DNA from: Leptospiraceae bacterium
GTDB taxonomy: Bacteria; Spirochaetota; Leptospiria; Leptospirales; Leptonemataceae
Assembly (NCBI GenBank): GCA_040217195.1
Contig: JAVJNR010000003.1
Location: 192,001 to 256,000, forward strand
Direction of reading: 5' to 3'
DNA: 64,000 nt
Below the pieces are notes generated by a model, which did not search any database, was not told the origin of the DNA, and was given only the letters and a program-made list of their open reading frames with translations. Within the stretch, counting starts at the first letter, position 1; every line of letters starts with the position of its first letter. The translations under genes were made by a program, and so were the position numbers. Positions 20,660 through 30,404 of this stretch are shown here, in pieces.

Positions 20660-21658
20660 ATGTCCAGGAATCAAATTCTTATCATCGCCCTGACAGGCAT
20701 TGTATTTCTAGCTGCCATTCTCTGTTTCTATCTGTTTCGTCCCTTAAGCCATGCTCCTTCGCCGGCCACCTTTTCCTGCGCCGAGCTGAATGAAGGCAGG
20801 TTTCAGGCCTTTAAACCAAACCCGAACTATATCTATGGAATCGCCCTGGCCTATAGCCAGCACATTGAAGAAACTGCATCCGGATTCGATCCTGATGAAC
20901 CGCCACCTATTTTTGAAAAGAACTCCAGAGCCCTGACCAGAAATACTGAAATCATTGCAATGCCCAAAAGACAGGATTTGATCCAGGCCATGGAGGACTT
21001 CGAACCAGGGCTGGGCAAGACTGTGGATCAGGATTTCGAAGATCTTCCCGTGCTTCTGGACTATGAAGTGGAGTTAGCTTTTGTTCTTCTGGAGGATTTT
21101 TCCGCATCGGATCTTCAGAGTGATGATTTTTCTCCTGCACTGGGCTTTTTTCTGGCCAACGATGTTTCGGCCCGTACCATCGCGGTGATGGGCGAAGGAC
21201 AGAAAAATCGATACGAATACTGGGGACTGTCCAAGAGCTTTCCAGGATTTCTTCCCGTTTCGGACAAATTGTGGATTCCCGACAATCCAGGTCCCACAAC
21301 TCTGCCCTGCATCACAATCGAGACCTATGTGAACGAGGAATTGCGACAGAGCACTTCCACGGAAGATATGATTTATACTCCGGCCGAGCTAATTCGTCAG
21401 ATTCAAAAGAATTATCCGGACCGAAAGTTAAGCAAAGGAGACCTGGTTCTTATGGGAACTCCCGGTGGCGTAGCTTTCCAGACTCCACGCTGGCTGGCCC
21501 GTCTGGGAACTCTTGTGGGCATGGACCGGTTTGCCAAATTGAAGGCAGTTCTTCGACGGGATCGTTCTCGATTTCTAGAAGTAGGCGATACCATGCGAAT
21601 CCAGGCCCGAGAATTTGCAACTGTAAGCAATGAAATTGCAGCACCCAACGGGGATTAA
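20660..21658 (+). CDS. Fumarylacetoacetate hydrolase family protein with N-terminal membrane anchor
   Basis: DYEVELA, ANDVSAR, SKSFPGFLP, GDLVLMGTPGGV; hydrophobic N-terminus. Confidence 0.85.
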   Translation: MSRNQILIIALTGIVFLAAILCFYLFRPLSHAPSPATFSCAELNEGRFQAFKPNPNYIYGIALAYSQHIEETASGFDPDEPPPIFEKNSRALTRNTEIIAMPKRQDLIQAMEDFEPGLGKTVDQDFEDLPVLLDYEVELAFVLLEDFSASDLQSDDFSPALGFFLANDVSARTIAVMGEGQKNRYEYWGLSKSFPGFLPVSDKLWIPDNPGPTTLPCITIETYVNEELRQSTSTEDMIYTPAELIRQIQKNYPDRKLSKGDLVLMGTPGGVAFQTPRWLARLGTLVGMDRFAKLKAVLRRDRSRFLEVGDTMRIQAREFATVSNEIAAPNGD

Positions 21659-21747
21659 CATCTGATTCGCTACAAATGGAGCTAACTATCCTGAACTTTA
21701 AATCTTTTAGTTGACATATACTTCTTTTTACCCCGCTCTGATGCTCC

Positions 21748-22059
21748 ATGGGCTTGCGAACCCACCGTGATAAATACTACTTGCTGTTTTGTCTTTTGAT
21801 CCTTCTGGGACTCTACAGATATTATTTCCCGAATCACTCGGAAGAATCCCACATTCCACCTTCCGCAGAGTATAGCATAAACTTTCATAGAGAGGCAGAG
21901 TTCATTGTACCGCCAGGCCCTGCCCGATCGGTGAATGCCACGGGTCAGATGCGTGCACTATTAAGCGAAGAATTGAATCGCCAGGATTTGTACAATCGTT
22001 TCCCGGACAACAAATCTGCATCCGATTCCAGGAGTACGGAGTTTTTTGGATGCAATTAG
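21748..22059 (+). CDS. Small single-TM hypothetical protein, first gene of the vWA-tubulin operon
   Basis: YLLFCLLILLGLY TM segment; overlaps the next gene by 10 nt; TTGACA upstream at 21712. Confidence 0.5.
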   Translation: MGLRTHRDKYYLLFCLLILLGLYRYYFPNHSEESHIPPSAEYSINFHREAEFIVPPGPARSVNATGQMRALLSEELNRQDLYNRFPDNKSASDSRSTEFFGCN

Positions 22060-24137
22060 TCAGTTGCCGAATCTTTAACCGGCTAATCTTATTAAAGCTC
22101 GTTCCAGTTGTTCTACTGCTACTCTCCAGTGCAATTCTGGCCAAACCGGACAAATCTAGAAGTAAAGGTCATTTCGTATCGGTTGTGCTTGTTCTGGACA
22201 TTTCCGGCTCCATGTCTGTAAACGATCCTGATCGACTGAGCTGGGACGCAGCAAATCTAATGGCGAATCTTCTGAGCCAGGGGGATGAAATTGGCCTGGT
22301 GCTTTTTAATCATGAAGTAGTAAGCACTCTTGGTCCTCTGCGAATTGGCCAGGATAATATCAGTAGAGATACAATCAAAGAAAGGCTTTCCGGGCGATAC
22401 AATGGCGGTACGGATATTCTTGGTGCCGTAAACAAAGGCATGGATATGCTGGGAAATGTACAATCGTCGCCCAGACGAAAGAAGGCAATACTGGTTCTCA
22501 CGGACGGCGCAGATCAGAGCTCACTGGACTCCTATAGAGCTGCCCATCTAAGATCTCTGAACCAGGGAATTACGATTTTTCCTGTTGCAATGGGAACCGA
22601 GCCCAGCAAAGAAAAATTGCTGGCACTTACCGACGAATCAGAACTATTGCAGGCCAATCAGCCCCAGGAATTACCGGATACATTTTCTATTATCTACGCT
22701 CGCCTATTCGACTCCATGATTTCGCGACCGCAGGGCACTGGAACAGGCTTTGTTTTTCAGGCCCATCCGCTTACCGCTGAAATGAACCTCATCCTTTCGG
22801 ACGATGATCCAGGCAGCTTGAACTTTACCGTTTATGATCCAGCTGGAAAGGCCCTGTCGAGCAACGAGGCCAGACACGGAAAGAAGTTCATTTCGCTTCA
22901 GATCGTTTCACCCACTCCGGGAGAGTGGAAAGTTCAAACCACAAGAATCCCGGACAATATGAGTTTGCTCCAGATTGCAGACCTGAAGCTAGAAGTGAAA
23001 TGGGGAGATGTTAGCCCACTGAAGAAAACAATAACCGTGGACCAGGCCAGATTGCTTACAGAAAACGGCACTCGGATCCTGGACGAAGAGCGGTACTATC
23101 GAGGCACAAGGTTCGAACTGGTGGTGCGGGGCCCTGGTGGAGAGAAAACATATGAACTAAGAGACGATGGTCAGGGAGCGGATCGCCAGGCCAACGATCG
23201 GATTTTTGCAGGCACTGGAAAGATCGATGGAATTGGCCAGTACAGCTATTATGTAAGAGTTCACTTTCCTGTCTTTAAACCCACCTCCGAAAGGTACTTT
23301 CTGGCCCTCCAGGAGAAGGTCTGGTTCAGGCTAAAATGGCAAACCAATGCAGCCCCGGCGGTACAGCAGGGACAGATCCTGGGTCTGCCCATTCAAATAA
23401 CAGAAAACAAACCGGCCGATCCAGAGGGAGAAAACATCCATGTTCGACTACATCCAAAATCTGGGCCCGACTGGAACTCTATTGAGCTATTAAATACGGA
23501 ACTAAATGTTAAAGAACGTTCTCCGGGAACCGTGCGAATTCGTCCGGATTATTACCGCGGCATAGATCTTGGATTGTTTAGCGCAACACCCGGTACCTAC
23601 GAAGGCGAACTGGAGTTTTTCTATCCGGGTCAGGATAGCGTTCGCCTGCCAGTCAAATTCGAAGTAAGATCGGCCCCTTTTCTTGATAAATTGCTGGGAG
23701 CCCTTATATTCTGGTCTTGCATTGCGCTGGTGATCGCAATTCTAATGGGACTGCGAAAGGCTGTGTGGTTTCCAAGAAAAATGAGAATCTTCCTTTGGGA
23801 TGAACATGGACAGAGAAAGCGCAGCAGCGATATCCTGCCCCGAAGCAAGTGGCTCTATGGAAAAAGCAGCCTTCAAATTGGCTCAGCCACTCTGTTCTCC
23901 CGAGGACATAAAAGCACCAATCATGATCTATATTACGAGGAAGACGGTATCCGGCAGAGAGAGCCGGTAGGAAAGCACCAAATCATACTCACACCCGCCG
24001 GCGGTTATGTGGTGGTGAGCGATGGTTACTTGAGCTTTGATCAGGAAATGAATCTGGGAGATCAAATCGGCCGGACTTATCGGCGAAGCCCCCTATCCCC
24101 GGAAGAAGAAGTCAGAATAATAGAAAGCGAATTCTAA
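22050..24137 (+). CDS. Exported, C-terminally membrane-anchored vWA domain protein
   Basis: Signal peptide; MIDAS DISGS, GGTD, LTDG; beta-rich middle including LRDDGQGADRQANDRIFAG; TM LLGALIFWSCIALVIAILMGL; basic tail. Confidence 0.9.
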   Translation: MQLVSCRIFNRLILLKLVPVVLLLLSSAILAKPDKSRSKGHFVSVVLVLDISGSMSVNDPDRLSWDAANLMANLLSQGDEIGLVLFNHEVVSTLGPLRIGQDNISRDTIKERLSGRYNGGTDILGAVNKGMDMLGNVQSSPRRKKAILVLTDGADQSSLDSYRAAHLRSLNQGITIFPVAMGTEPSKEKLLALTDESELLQANQPQELPDTFSIIYARLFDSMISRPQGTGTGFVFQAHPLTAEMNLILSDDDPGSLNFTVYDPAGKALSSNEARHGKKFISLQIVSPTPGEWKVQTTRIPDNMSLLQIADLKLEVKWGDVSPLKKTITVDQARLLTENGTRILDEERYYRGTRFELVVRGPGGEKTYELRDDGQGADRQANDRIFAGTGKIDGIGQYSYYVRVHFPVFKPTSERYFLALQEKVWFRLKWQTNAAPAVQQGQILGLPIQITENKPADPEGENIHVRLHPKSGPDWNSIELLNTELNVKERSPGTVRIRPDYYRGIDLGLFSATPGTYEGELEFFYPGQDSVRLPVKFEVRSAPFLDKLLGALIFWSCIALVIAILMGLRKAVWFPRKMRIFLWDEHGQRKRSSDILPRSKWLYGKSSLQIGSATLFSRGHKSTNHDLYYEEDGIRQREPVGKHQIILTPAGGYVVVSDGYLSFDQEMNLGDQIGRTYRRSPLSPEEEVRIIESEF

Positions 24138-24214
24138 GAAGCTTTCCATTCAGGACCTTGCTCGCATGGAAACACTGGATGCAATAATTGGATTCGCATA
24201 ACATTGAGGAAGAA

Positions 24215-27200
24215 ATGGCAAAAGAAATCGAAAGTTTTACACCACATTTAGTACTGGGAATTGGAGGAACCGGAAGTCGAGTGCTGCAGCGACTTATGGA
24301 GCTCACCTCAGCGCAGAAAGACCGAGTCAAGGCACTGCAAAAAAACAGGCTTCTAAATTTTGTTGCTATTGATACGGACGTAAACGATCTTCAGAAGCTT
24401 GGATTGCCGCGGCAGAATCAAATTCTCATCTCTGAAGGTGTGAATATGCCGGTCTACGCTGGCACCCGAAAAAGAGAAGATGAGTTAAGACCACTGGATG
24501 AACGTACTTTTCGCTGGTTTCCTCCCAGAGATGAGGTGGGCACATCGTTTGAAACACATAACCTGGGAAACGGGGCTGGCCAAATTCGATTCTACTCCAG
24601 GATCGGATGGGAATATACATGCCAGAATATGAATCTGGAAAGCCAGTTTGAAAACCTGCTGGGTAGCCTGATCAGTATCGACGTGAACAAGACTGTTCTT
24701 TCCGAAAGTCCAACCATTATTGCAACCATAGTTGGATCCATTGCAGGAGGAACCGGCTCAGGGGTCTTCTTACAGGTCGCCGCCATGCTGAAAGATATCG
24801 CGGCCAGGAAATTGAAAAGACAGCTTCTGGTCAAAGGCTACTTCTTTACTGCTGATATCTATACGCGGGGAGGCCTACTGCCAGAAGAGCAGCATGATGA
24901 CATAAAGGCCAATACCTATGCCTGCCTGAAAGATCTAAATGCTTTTAATCGATTACTAACTCGCATCAATCGACCAATTCTGTTCGATGAAGGGGACCTG
25001 GATTTTATCTGGAACCCAAGGGATGGTCGCCGGGATCTGAGCACAATTATGTACCGTCCATACGATATGGTGTATATTGTAGATGCTACAAATAGCACCG
25101 GCACATTACCGGTGGGACCCGGCATAGAGTTTCGCGCCTATGAGTCCATGCTTGCTGATGCACTTTACTGCTCCATATTCACTCCAATTTCATCCAAAGC
25201 GCTGAGCATAGAGAACAATGAAATAATAAACAAGATTGCTGCAGAACAATCCGGAGATGACTTCCCCGGGTATGGAGCGGTAGGTGCTGCAAGAGTCGTA
25301 TTTCCGGTGGATGATGTTTCAGATTTCCTTAGCTACAAGTATTGTCAGAGTATTCTGAGTTCCCAGTGGGCACGACTGGATCGAAGCCATCAGGAAAACC
25401 TGGTGGAATTCAATCGAGCCCAGGACCAGGGACGGTATAACGTCAAGATGCCTGAAAGACATCAGGACTTTATTCGAGACTTTGAATCCGAAGTGGCCCG
25501 GGGCGATGAAGCGGATCCCTCAATCGTAGCCGCATCCAACCATTACAAATATCTCACAGGTACGGAGCATTCCGGAGGTATACCTCATGGCGCTGATCTA
25601 AAATCCGTTCTGGAGCAATCCGCATTTGTTCGCGCCCTGGACGAAGAAATAGAACATCGAATCCTGGGGCATTTCCATACGGACAGTCATAACGTAATTT
25701 CTGAAAAGGGATTCTCCAGAACCATGATTCGAGATTACAATACTGTGGGTATCCTGCAACAGGACCGAAATCATCAGGTAGAATATTTGCGAGGACTGTT
25801 GCACAACAATGATCGCCACCTAAATGCAATCAAGCAGACGATACGCGACCTTGAAGCCACCCTGGCCCGCCAAATAGTGAGAGACTGTCTAGATGATGAT
25901 GCCTCCGCGAGAACTTCTGAGCGAATGGATCAGCTCAAAGATTATCAGCTTATTCGATGGCTAACTCTCGACCCCACAAAGAAGGGGCATAACATATTCT
26001 TTATACGATACTTCCTTTCCAGAGAACTGGAAAGTCTGCGAGCGGCACTGGAATCCCTGAAGAAAGAACGACATTCCCTGGAAAGAAAGTTTCAACGAAA
26101 TTCTAGAGCCTTTGATGATCCATCGACCGAAGACATTGTAGAAACTCCACTCCAGTTGCTGGAACAGAACATGGCCGGCTCCGGCATCAATGGAGTGATG
26201 CAGAAATTTCATGATGTGGTTACTTTTCGAAATAACTTTGTTCATGGTATGGTTTCGGGTACCGGAGAATGGAGTCAGGATCTGGACACCTGGATGAAGG
26301 ATAGATTGCGTCTGGAGCTAGAAGCGTTTGCCGTTGATATAAAAATGCAGGTTTATGAAGCTCTGTTCAAGCGCCTGGGGTTTGATCAACTGGGAAGTCA
26401 GGGTGGATTGCTGGATGTAGTCCACAGGCTGGCAGATACAATCATTTCAATCAGCGAATTATTCGAACGAAATGTTGAAAACAAAAGACAACGAAATTTA
26501 CAGGGCGGTAAGCTTGCAGGCGCTGTTCTTGTACATTGTCAGCCAGAGTCCAAAGATTACATATGGAAATCTGTGGGCGGAGAATTGAGAAGTGCCAATT
26601 CCGTTCTCGTGGATACTTACCAGGGATTGATCAACTTCTGCGAGACTACCTGGAGAGATATTCAAAGCATTTCCGCACCCAGCCCGGAAGTTGAAAAGCA
26701 AAGGATTTCTTCTATCTATCAGAGATCTTTCCGATTGAATGCATATGACGAAACTGATCCGGGACCAGTATTTGAAAAGTTAATCCAGCCATCCAGGAAA
26801 TTTCTGGAGGCAGCCTTGCGAAAGAAATACAATGTATTGAGCGCCATGCTGGAAGAGGCAGAATATGTGAGGGGAGTTTCCTTTGCAGACACCGATGAGA
26901 AAATGCAGTACCTGGCCGAGCAACTGGGCATAGCGTTTTCCAATGCTGCACCGTTTACGAATGTGTTCAAGGATGCAACTCCCATAAATGTTATCGCATA
27001 CAATCATGGGCTAATTGATAGCGGAATGCATGAAATTCTGGAGAAGTTTGGTGGAGATCGCAGTGTTTCGCAGGGAGGAAGTATCGATGATCCCAATGTG
27101 GTCATCTTCTACCGTACAATGGTAGGCCAGAAGATGTCTGAATTCAGAAATGTATTGGAGTTCCGACGATACTATGTGGATTCAGTGATCAATCGACATA

Positions 27201-27739
27201 TCCATCGTGAATGGCCGGATCTCTTGCCAGAGCTTTCCGATGAAATTGAGCTGGAGCATTTTAAAACCTTCGCTTTCTGCGAAGCGGCCGGTATCATTCA
27301 ATGTGCAGATGCGGATCGCGGAGAATATCAGTATGATCTTGCATTCAGGGACCCGTCCCATCAGGAATGGCGGCCTCTGGGCTCAAGCTACCGTAATTCA
27401 CTCGTTGGTCTGAGGCACATGATTCGAAAGCACTCCGAATTTCGTAATGCTATCTCAGACCAGGAAAGCAAAGAACGATCCAGGTATGATCGCCGTTCCA
27501 GTTTTGACTTCGCAGATAAACTATTCCATCTAATGGATAGCTTTCAGTCCAGAGCCAGCAGCATCAAAGATGGTCTGGATGATAAGAGCATTACGCCGCA
27601 TATCCTGGAGAGACTGGCCGAGGCCTGTTCGGAAATTGTGGTTGAGATGGTTTCTGGCACTGAAGTCGAATTCCAGGAGGCCAGAAAGGGAGCCAGAGAG
27701 CGAAAACCTGGAAATGGATCTCAAGTAGTCGGACGATAG
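24215..27739 (+). CDS. FtsZ/tubulin-like GTPase (Tubulin_2 / FtsZl1 type) with long helical C-terminus
   Basis: GIGGTG, AIDTD, GAGQIR, GSIAGGTGSG signature, ANTYACLKDL; GAGGA RBS before ATG 24215. Confidence 0.9.
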   Translation: MAKEIESFTPHLVLGIGGTGSRVLQRLMELTSAQKDRVKALQKNRLLNFVAIDTDVNDLQKLGLPRQNQILISEGVNMPVYAGTRKREDELRPLDERTFRWFPPRDEVGTSFETHNLGNGAGQIRFYSRIGWEYTCQNMNLESQFENLLGSLISIDVNKTVLSESPTIIATIVGSIAGGTGSGVFLQVAAMLKDIAARKLKRQLLVKGYFFTADIYTRGGLLPEEQHDDIKANTYACLKDLNAFNRLLTRINRPILFDEGDLDFIWNPRDGRRDLSTIMYRPYDMVYIVDATNSTGTLPVGPGIEFRAYESMLADALYCSIFTPISSKALSIENNEIINKIAAEQSGDDFPGYGAVGAARVVFPVDDVSDFLSYKYCQSILSSQWARLDRSHQENLVEFNRAQDQGRYNVKMPERHQDFIRDFESEVARGDEADPSIVAASNHYKYLTGTEHSGGIPHGADLKSVLEQSAFVRALDEEIEHRILGHFHTDSHNVISEKGFSRTMIRDYNTVGILQQDRNHQVEYLRGLLHNNDRHLNAIKQTIRDLEATLARQIVRDCLDDDASARTSERMDQLKDYQLIRWLTLDPTKKGHNIFFIRYFLSRELESLRAALESLKKERHSLERKFQRNSRAFDDPSTEDIVETPLQLLEQNMAGSGINGVMQKFHDVVTFRNNFVHGMVSGTGEWSQDLDTWMKDRLRLELEAFAVDIKMQVYEALFKRLGFDQLGSQGGLLDVVHRLADTIISISELFERNVENKRQRNLQGGKLAGAVLVHCQPESKDYIWKSVGGELRSANSVLVDTYQGLINFCETTWRDIQSISAPSPEVEKQRISSIYQRSFRLNAYDETDPGPVFEKLIQPSRKFLEAALRKKYNVLSAMLEEAEYVRGVSFADTDEKMQYLAEQLGIAFSNAAPFTNVFKDATPINVIAYNHGLIDSGMHEILEKFGGDRSVSQGGSIDDPNVVIFYRTMVGQKMSEFRNVLEFRRYYVDSVINRHIHREWPDLLPELSDEIELEHFKTFAFCEAAGIIQCADADRGEYQYDLAFRDPSHQEWRPLGSSYRNSLVGLRHMIRKHSEFRNAISDQESKERSRYDRRSSFDFADKLFHLMDSFQSRASSIKDGLDDKSITPHILERLAEACSEIVVEMVSGTEVEFQEARKGARERKPGNGSQVVGR

Positions 27740-27740
27740 G

Positions 27741-30404
27741 ATGGCTTCCAAGGTTTCCAGCCTGGTACTTCAGATTGGCCATCAAATCCAGCGGTTGAAC
27801 GAAGACCTGCAGGATGAATTGTCAACCGAAGACCGAATTCGATTTCTGCGAGCAGAATTAAGGTCTTTGAATAAGGGGCAGACAATCCTGCGCCTGTCCG
27901 GTAATAGTGATTCCGGAGTTCATGAGGTGGACCCTGCAAACCAGGCTGGGATTTATCAGGAGCAACCGCTCTTAGATCCTATCTATACATGCCTACTGGA
28001 TGAGATTCAGGCATTGCTGCAATTCGAGCCAGGCGATCATATGAATCGTCAGGTCCGAATCATTGTGCATGGCTCATTAACGGCTGCAGAAGACCGTAGC
28101 TGTTTTCTGAAGATTCTGCAATACCTGGCAGTGGTTCTCAAGAGCTTTTCTGCAAATGTCATTCGTCTGGTTCCGGTCATTCCATTCGCCAGCCGAAACG
28201 ATGCACAATTTTTCGCAAACCTGAGAGCCCTGGATGAAAGGTTCCGGGAAATGGAGCAAATCTACAGGTATGGCTCTGCGACTCCACCGGAGCTCCATGG
28301 TAGCCATTATCCACCCTATTTAAAGAGAGTAATTCTGATCTCGGATGACCTGGGGGGTCAGATCATGAACTCTGATGAACAGTCTTCGCTCTTATTCTTA
28401 ACTCTGCGACTTCTATGCGAACCGGGTGGATTCGTAAACAGATATAGAATCTATAGAGATGATGATACCCAATCAGATAGTCTGGAGAAATGGCTTCAGG
28501 TGGACGATCTTCTGAGTCCTGTGGGTGAAGTAGTTGATCCCTGGTCCGGTCCATATAGCTCTATTGGTTTTATTCACTATGGCATAGATGTAAAAAGAAT
28601 TAATCGAGTGATGAAGCTCTACCTGTATCATCTACTTATTGAAAAGCTGGCCCAGCCCGAGCTCATAGAAGGAGAATACGTTTTTCAGAATGCGGACAAT
28701 GAACTAGAACAATTAATACTGCGCCAAATGCAGGGTCAGGTCCATCCGGGTAGCCTGGAAATCATGAACCAGGAGGAATGTAGCGAAGCCTGGAACGAGC
28801 TGGTCCGAATTCAGAGCGTTAGCAAAGAATCGAAAAAGCTTTCCCTGGACCAGCCTGCATTGAAAGAGCTTGCCCGAAGCCTGCGAAAAGCCGGCCAGAA
28901 TGAACAAAAAGGATCCACACAATCAGATGTTATTGCTGTAATCGATGACCTCCAATCCACACTGGACCGACAGCTACCAGACTATGAGGATCTGGGTGCC
29001 CAGTTCTCAGATCTTTATCGGCGTGTGGCCCGGATTGTAGATCAGAAGGCTGTGCATTTTGCCAGTCAGATCAAAAGAAGATTCAGCCTGGTTGTGGAAT
29101 CTATTGCAAATTATTCTGAAGTGAATGAATCCGATTCTACATTGCATCAGGCAAGGCAGCTTAGCGAATATTTCAAGGAAAGCAGTGAAAAATCCATTCT
29201 CTCTCGTTGGCGCGGTCTGTCTTATGTATTGCAAAGAGCTTACAGAGAGCTTGTGACCCATCGCCAGAACATTCATCATCTTAGACTGACTCGCAGCAGA
29301 CTGGCCCCGGTGGAACACCTGCAGGAATCCGAGAATGGATTTCGCAGTAAATTGCAGGAAATTCGAAAAAGAGCCCTGAAACTCGGAAATGCCAGGTTCA
29401 GCCTGCTAATACCAGCTCTTCTGGGAACAATACTTGGTCTGACTGGATTAATTATACATTCCTCCCCTTTCGCTCCAGTAAGCGTTAGACTACCTTTTCA
29501 TCTACTTCATACAGCCATTGATCTAATTCTTCCAGATTCCATGCGAAATGCCACATTCTTCGCAGGACAGGCATCCCTCACTCTACCTGGAGCAATCTTC
29601 TGGGGCATTTTCATAGGAGCTGGTTTTCTATCCGCATACCTGCTTCGTCGCCATCAGTCCAGCAAGGCAACCCATCTCCAGGAGGAAGTAAATGAAGCCC
29701 TGAATTCCTATCTACAATCTCTGAAGATTCGGCCGGACCAGATCTTAGAGTCTCAGGCCTATTTCCGAGAAGGAAGATTTCTGCAGGAATATGCCAACCT
29801 CATTCGCCGCACACTTTTTCATTTTCATTCCTATGATCATGCATCCGGACAGGTGGCTCGCAGAATTCGACATGAATTGTTAATTCGTGGAGCCAGGCTA
29901 GAAGGAAAGAAGCTTCGCTTTGATGCAAACCATTTGCGACAGACCACAATAGAGTCCGACATGGTGGATCGATTCGAAATCAGTCTGCTCAAATCCCGGG
30001 AACTGGAAAGAATGGCAGACCGAATTCTGGAAAGGGATTTAACCGGAGAACTTCTGGCCGCACTTCAGGTCTTTTCCTGCGAAGAAAACCAGGAAGATAT
30101 AATGGATCGCAAATTGGATGAGTTGCTGCTACGCGATCTACCGCTCCATGAAGTTGAACGGATAATTTCACAACATGTAGAAGATTCAGCTTCCGAGAGC
30201 CTAAAGCAGGCAGCCACAGGCAAGAGACCCTTCTGGGCTCTATCTCTGAATCCAGAAAACTACACTGGCGGCGCTTTTGTGCGCAAAACCTTTCAGGGGG
30301 ACCGCAATTTCGGTGAAATGTTTCATCTGTTCTATGTTCGGCGAGGATTCTCCCTGGAAGAACTGGAACGGACCATCCGCTCCGCAAGTCAGGAGGCGCT
30401 TTGA
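27741..30404 (+). CDS. Degenerate tubulin-like paralogue with coiled coils and two TM segments
   Basis: N-terminal blocks colinear with the upstream tubulin but the Gly-rich loops are lost; TM segments near aa 550-635. Confidence 0.65.
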   Translation: MASKVSSLVLQIGHQIQRLNEDLQDELSTEDRIRFLRAELRSLNKGQTILRLSGNSDSGVHEVDPANQAGIYQEQPLLDPIYTCLLDEIQALLQFEPGDHMNRQVRIIVHGSLTAAEDRSCFLKILQYLAVVLKSFSANVIRLVPVIPFASRNDAQFFANLRALDERFREMEQIYRYGSATPPELHGSHYPPYLKRVILISDDLGGQIMNSDEQSSLLFLTLRLLCEPGGFVNRYRIYRDDDTQSDSLEKWLQVDDLLSPVGEVVDPWSGPYSSIGFIHYGIDVKRINRVMKLYLYHLLIEKLAQPELIEGEYVFQNADNELEQLILRQMQGQVHPGSLEIMNQEECSEAWNELVRIQSVSKESKKLSLDQPALKELARSLRKAGQNEQKGSTQSDVIAVIDDLQSTLDRQLPDYEDLGAQFSDLYRRVARIVDQKAVHFASQIKRRFSLVVESIANYSEVNESDSTLHQARQLSEYFKESSEKSILSRWRGLSYVLQRAYRELVTHRQNIHHLRLTRSRLAPVEHLQESENGFRSKLQEIRKRALKLGNARFSLLIPALLGTILGLTGLIIHSSPFAPVSVRLPFHLLHTAIDLILPDSMRNATFFAGQASLTLPGAIFWGIFIGAGFLSAYLLRRHQSSKATHLQEEVNEALNSYLQSLKIRPDQILESQAYFREGRFLQEYANLIRRTLFHFHSYDHASGQVARRIRHELLIRGARLEGKKLRFDANHLRQTTIESDMVDRFEISLLKSRELERMADRILERDLTGELLAALQVFSCEENQEDIMDRKLDELLLRDLPLHEVERIISQHVEDSASESLKQAATGKRPFWALSLNPENYTGGAFVRKTFQGDRNFGEMFHLFYVRRGFSLEELERTIRSASQEAL

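Noticed and set aside
24215..27739. Calling the tubulin-like gene ftsZ
   Set aside because: About three times too long, no FtsZ T7 loop or C-terminal peptide, and no division gene cluster
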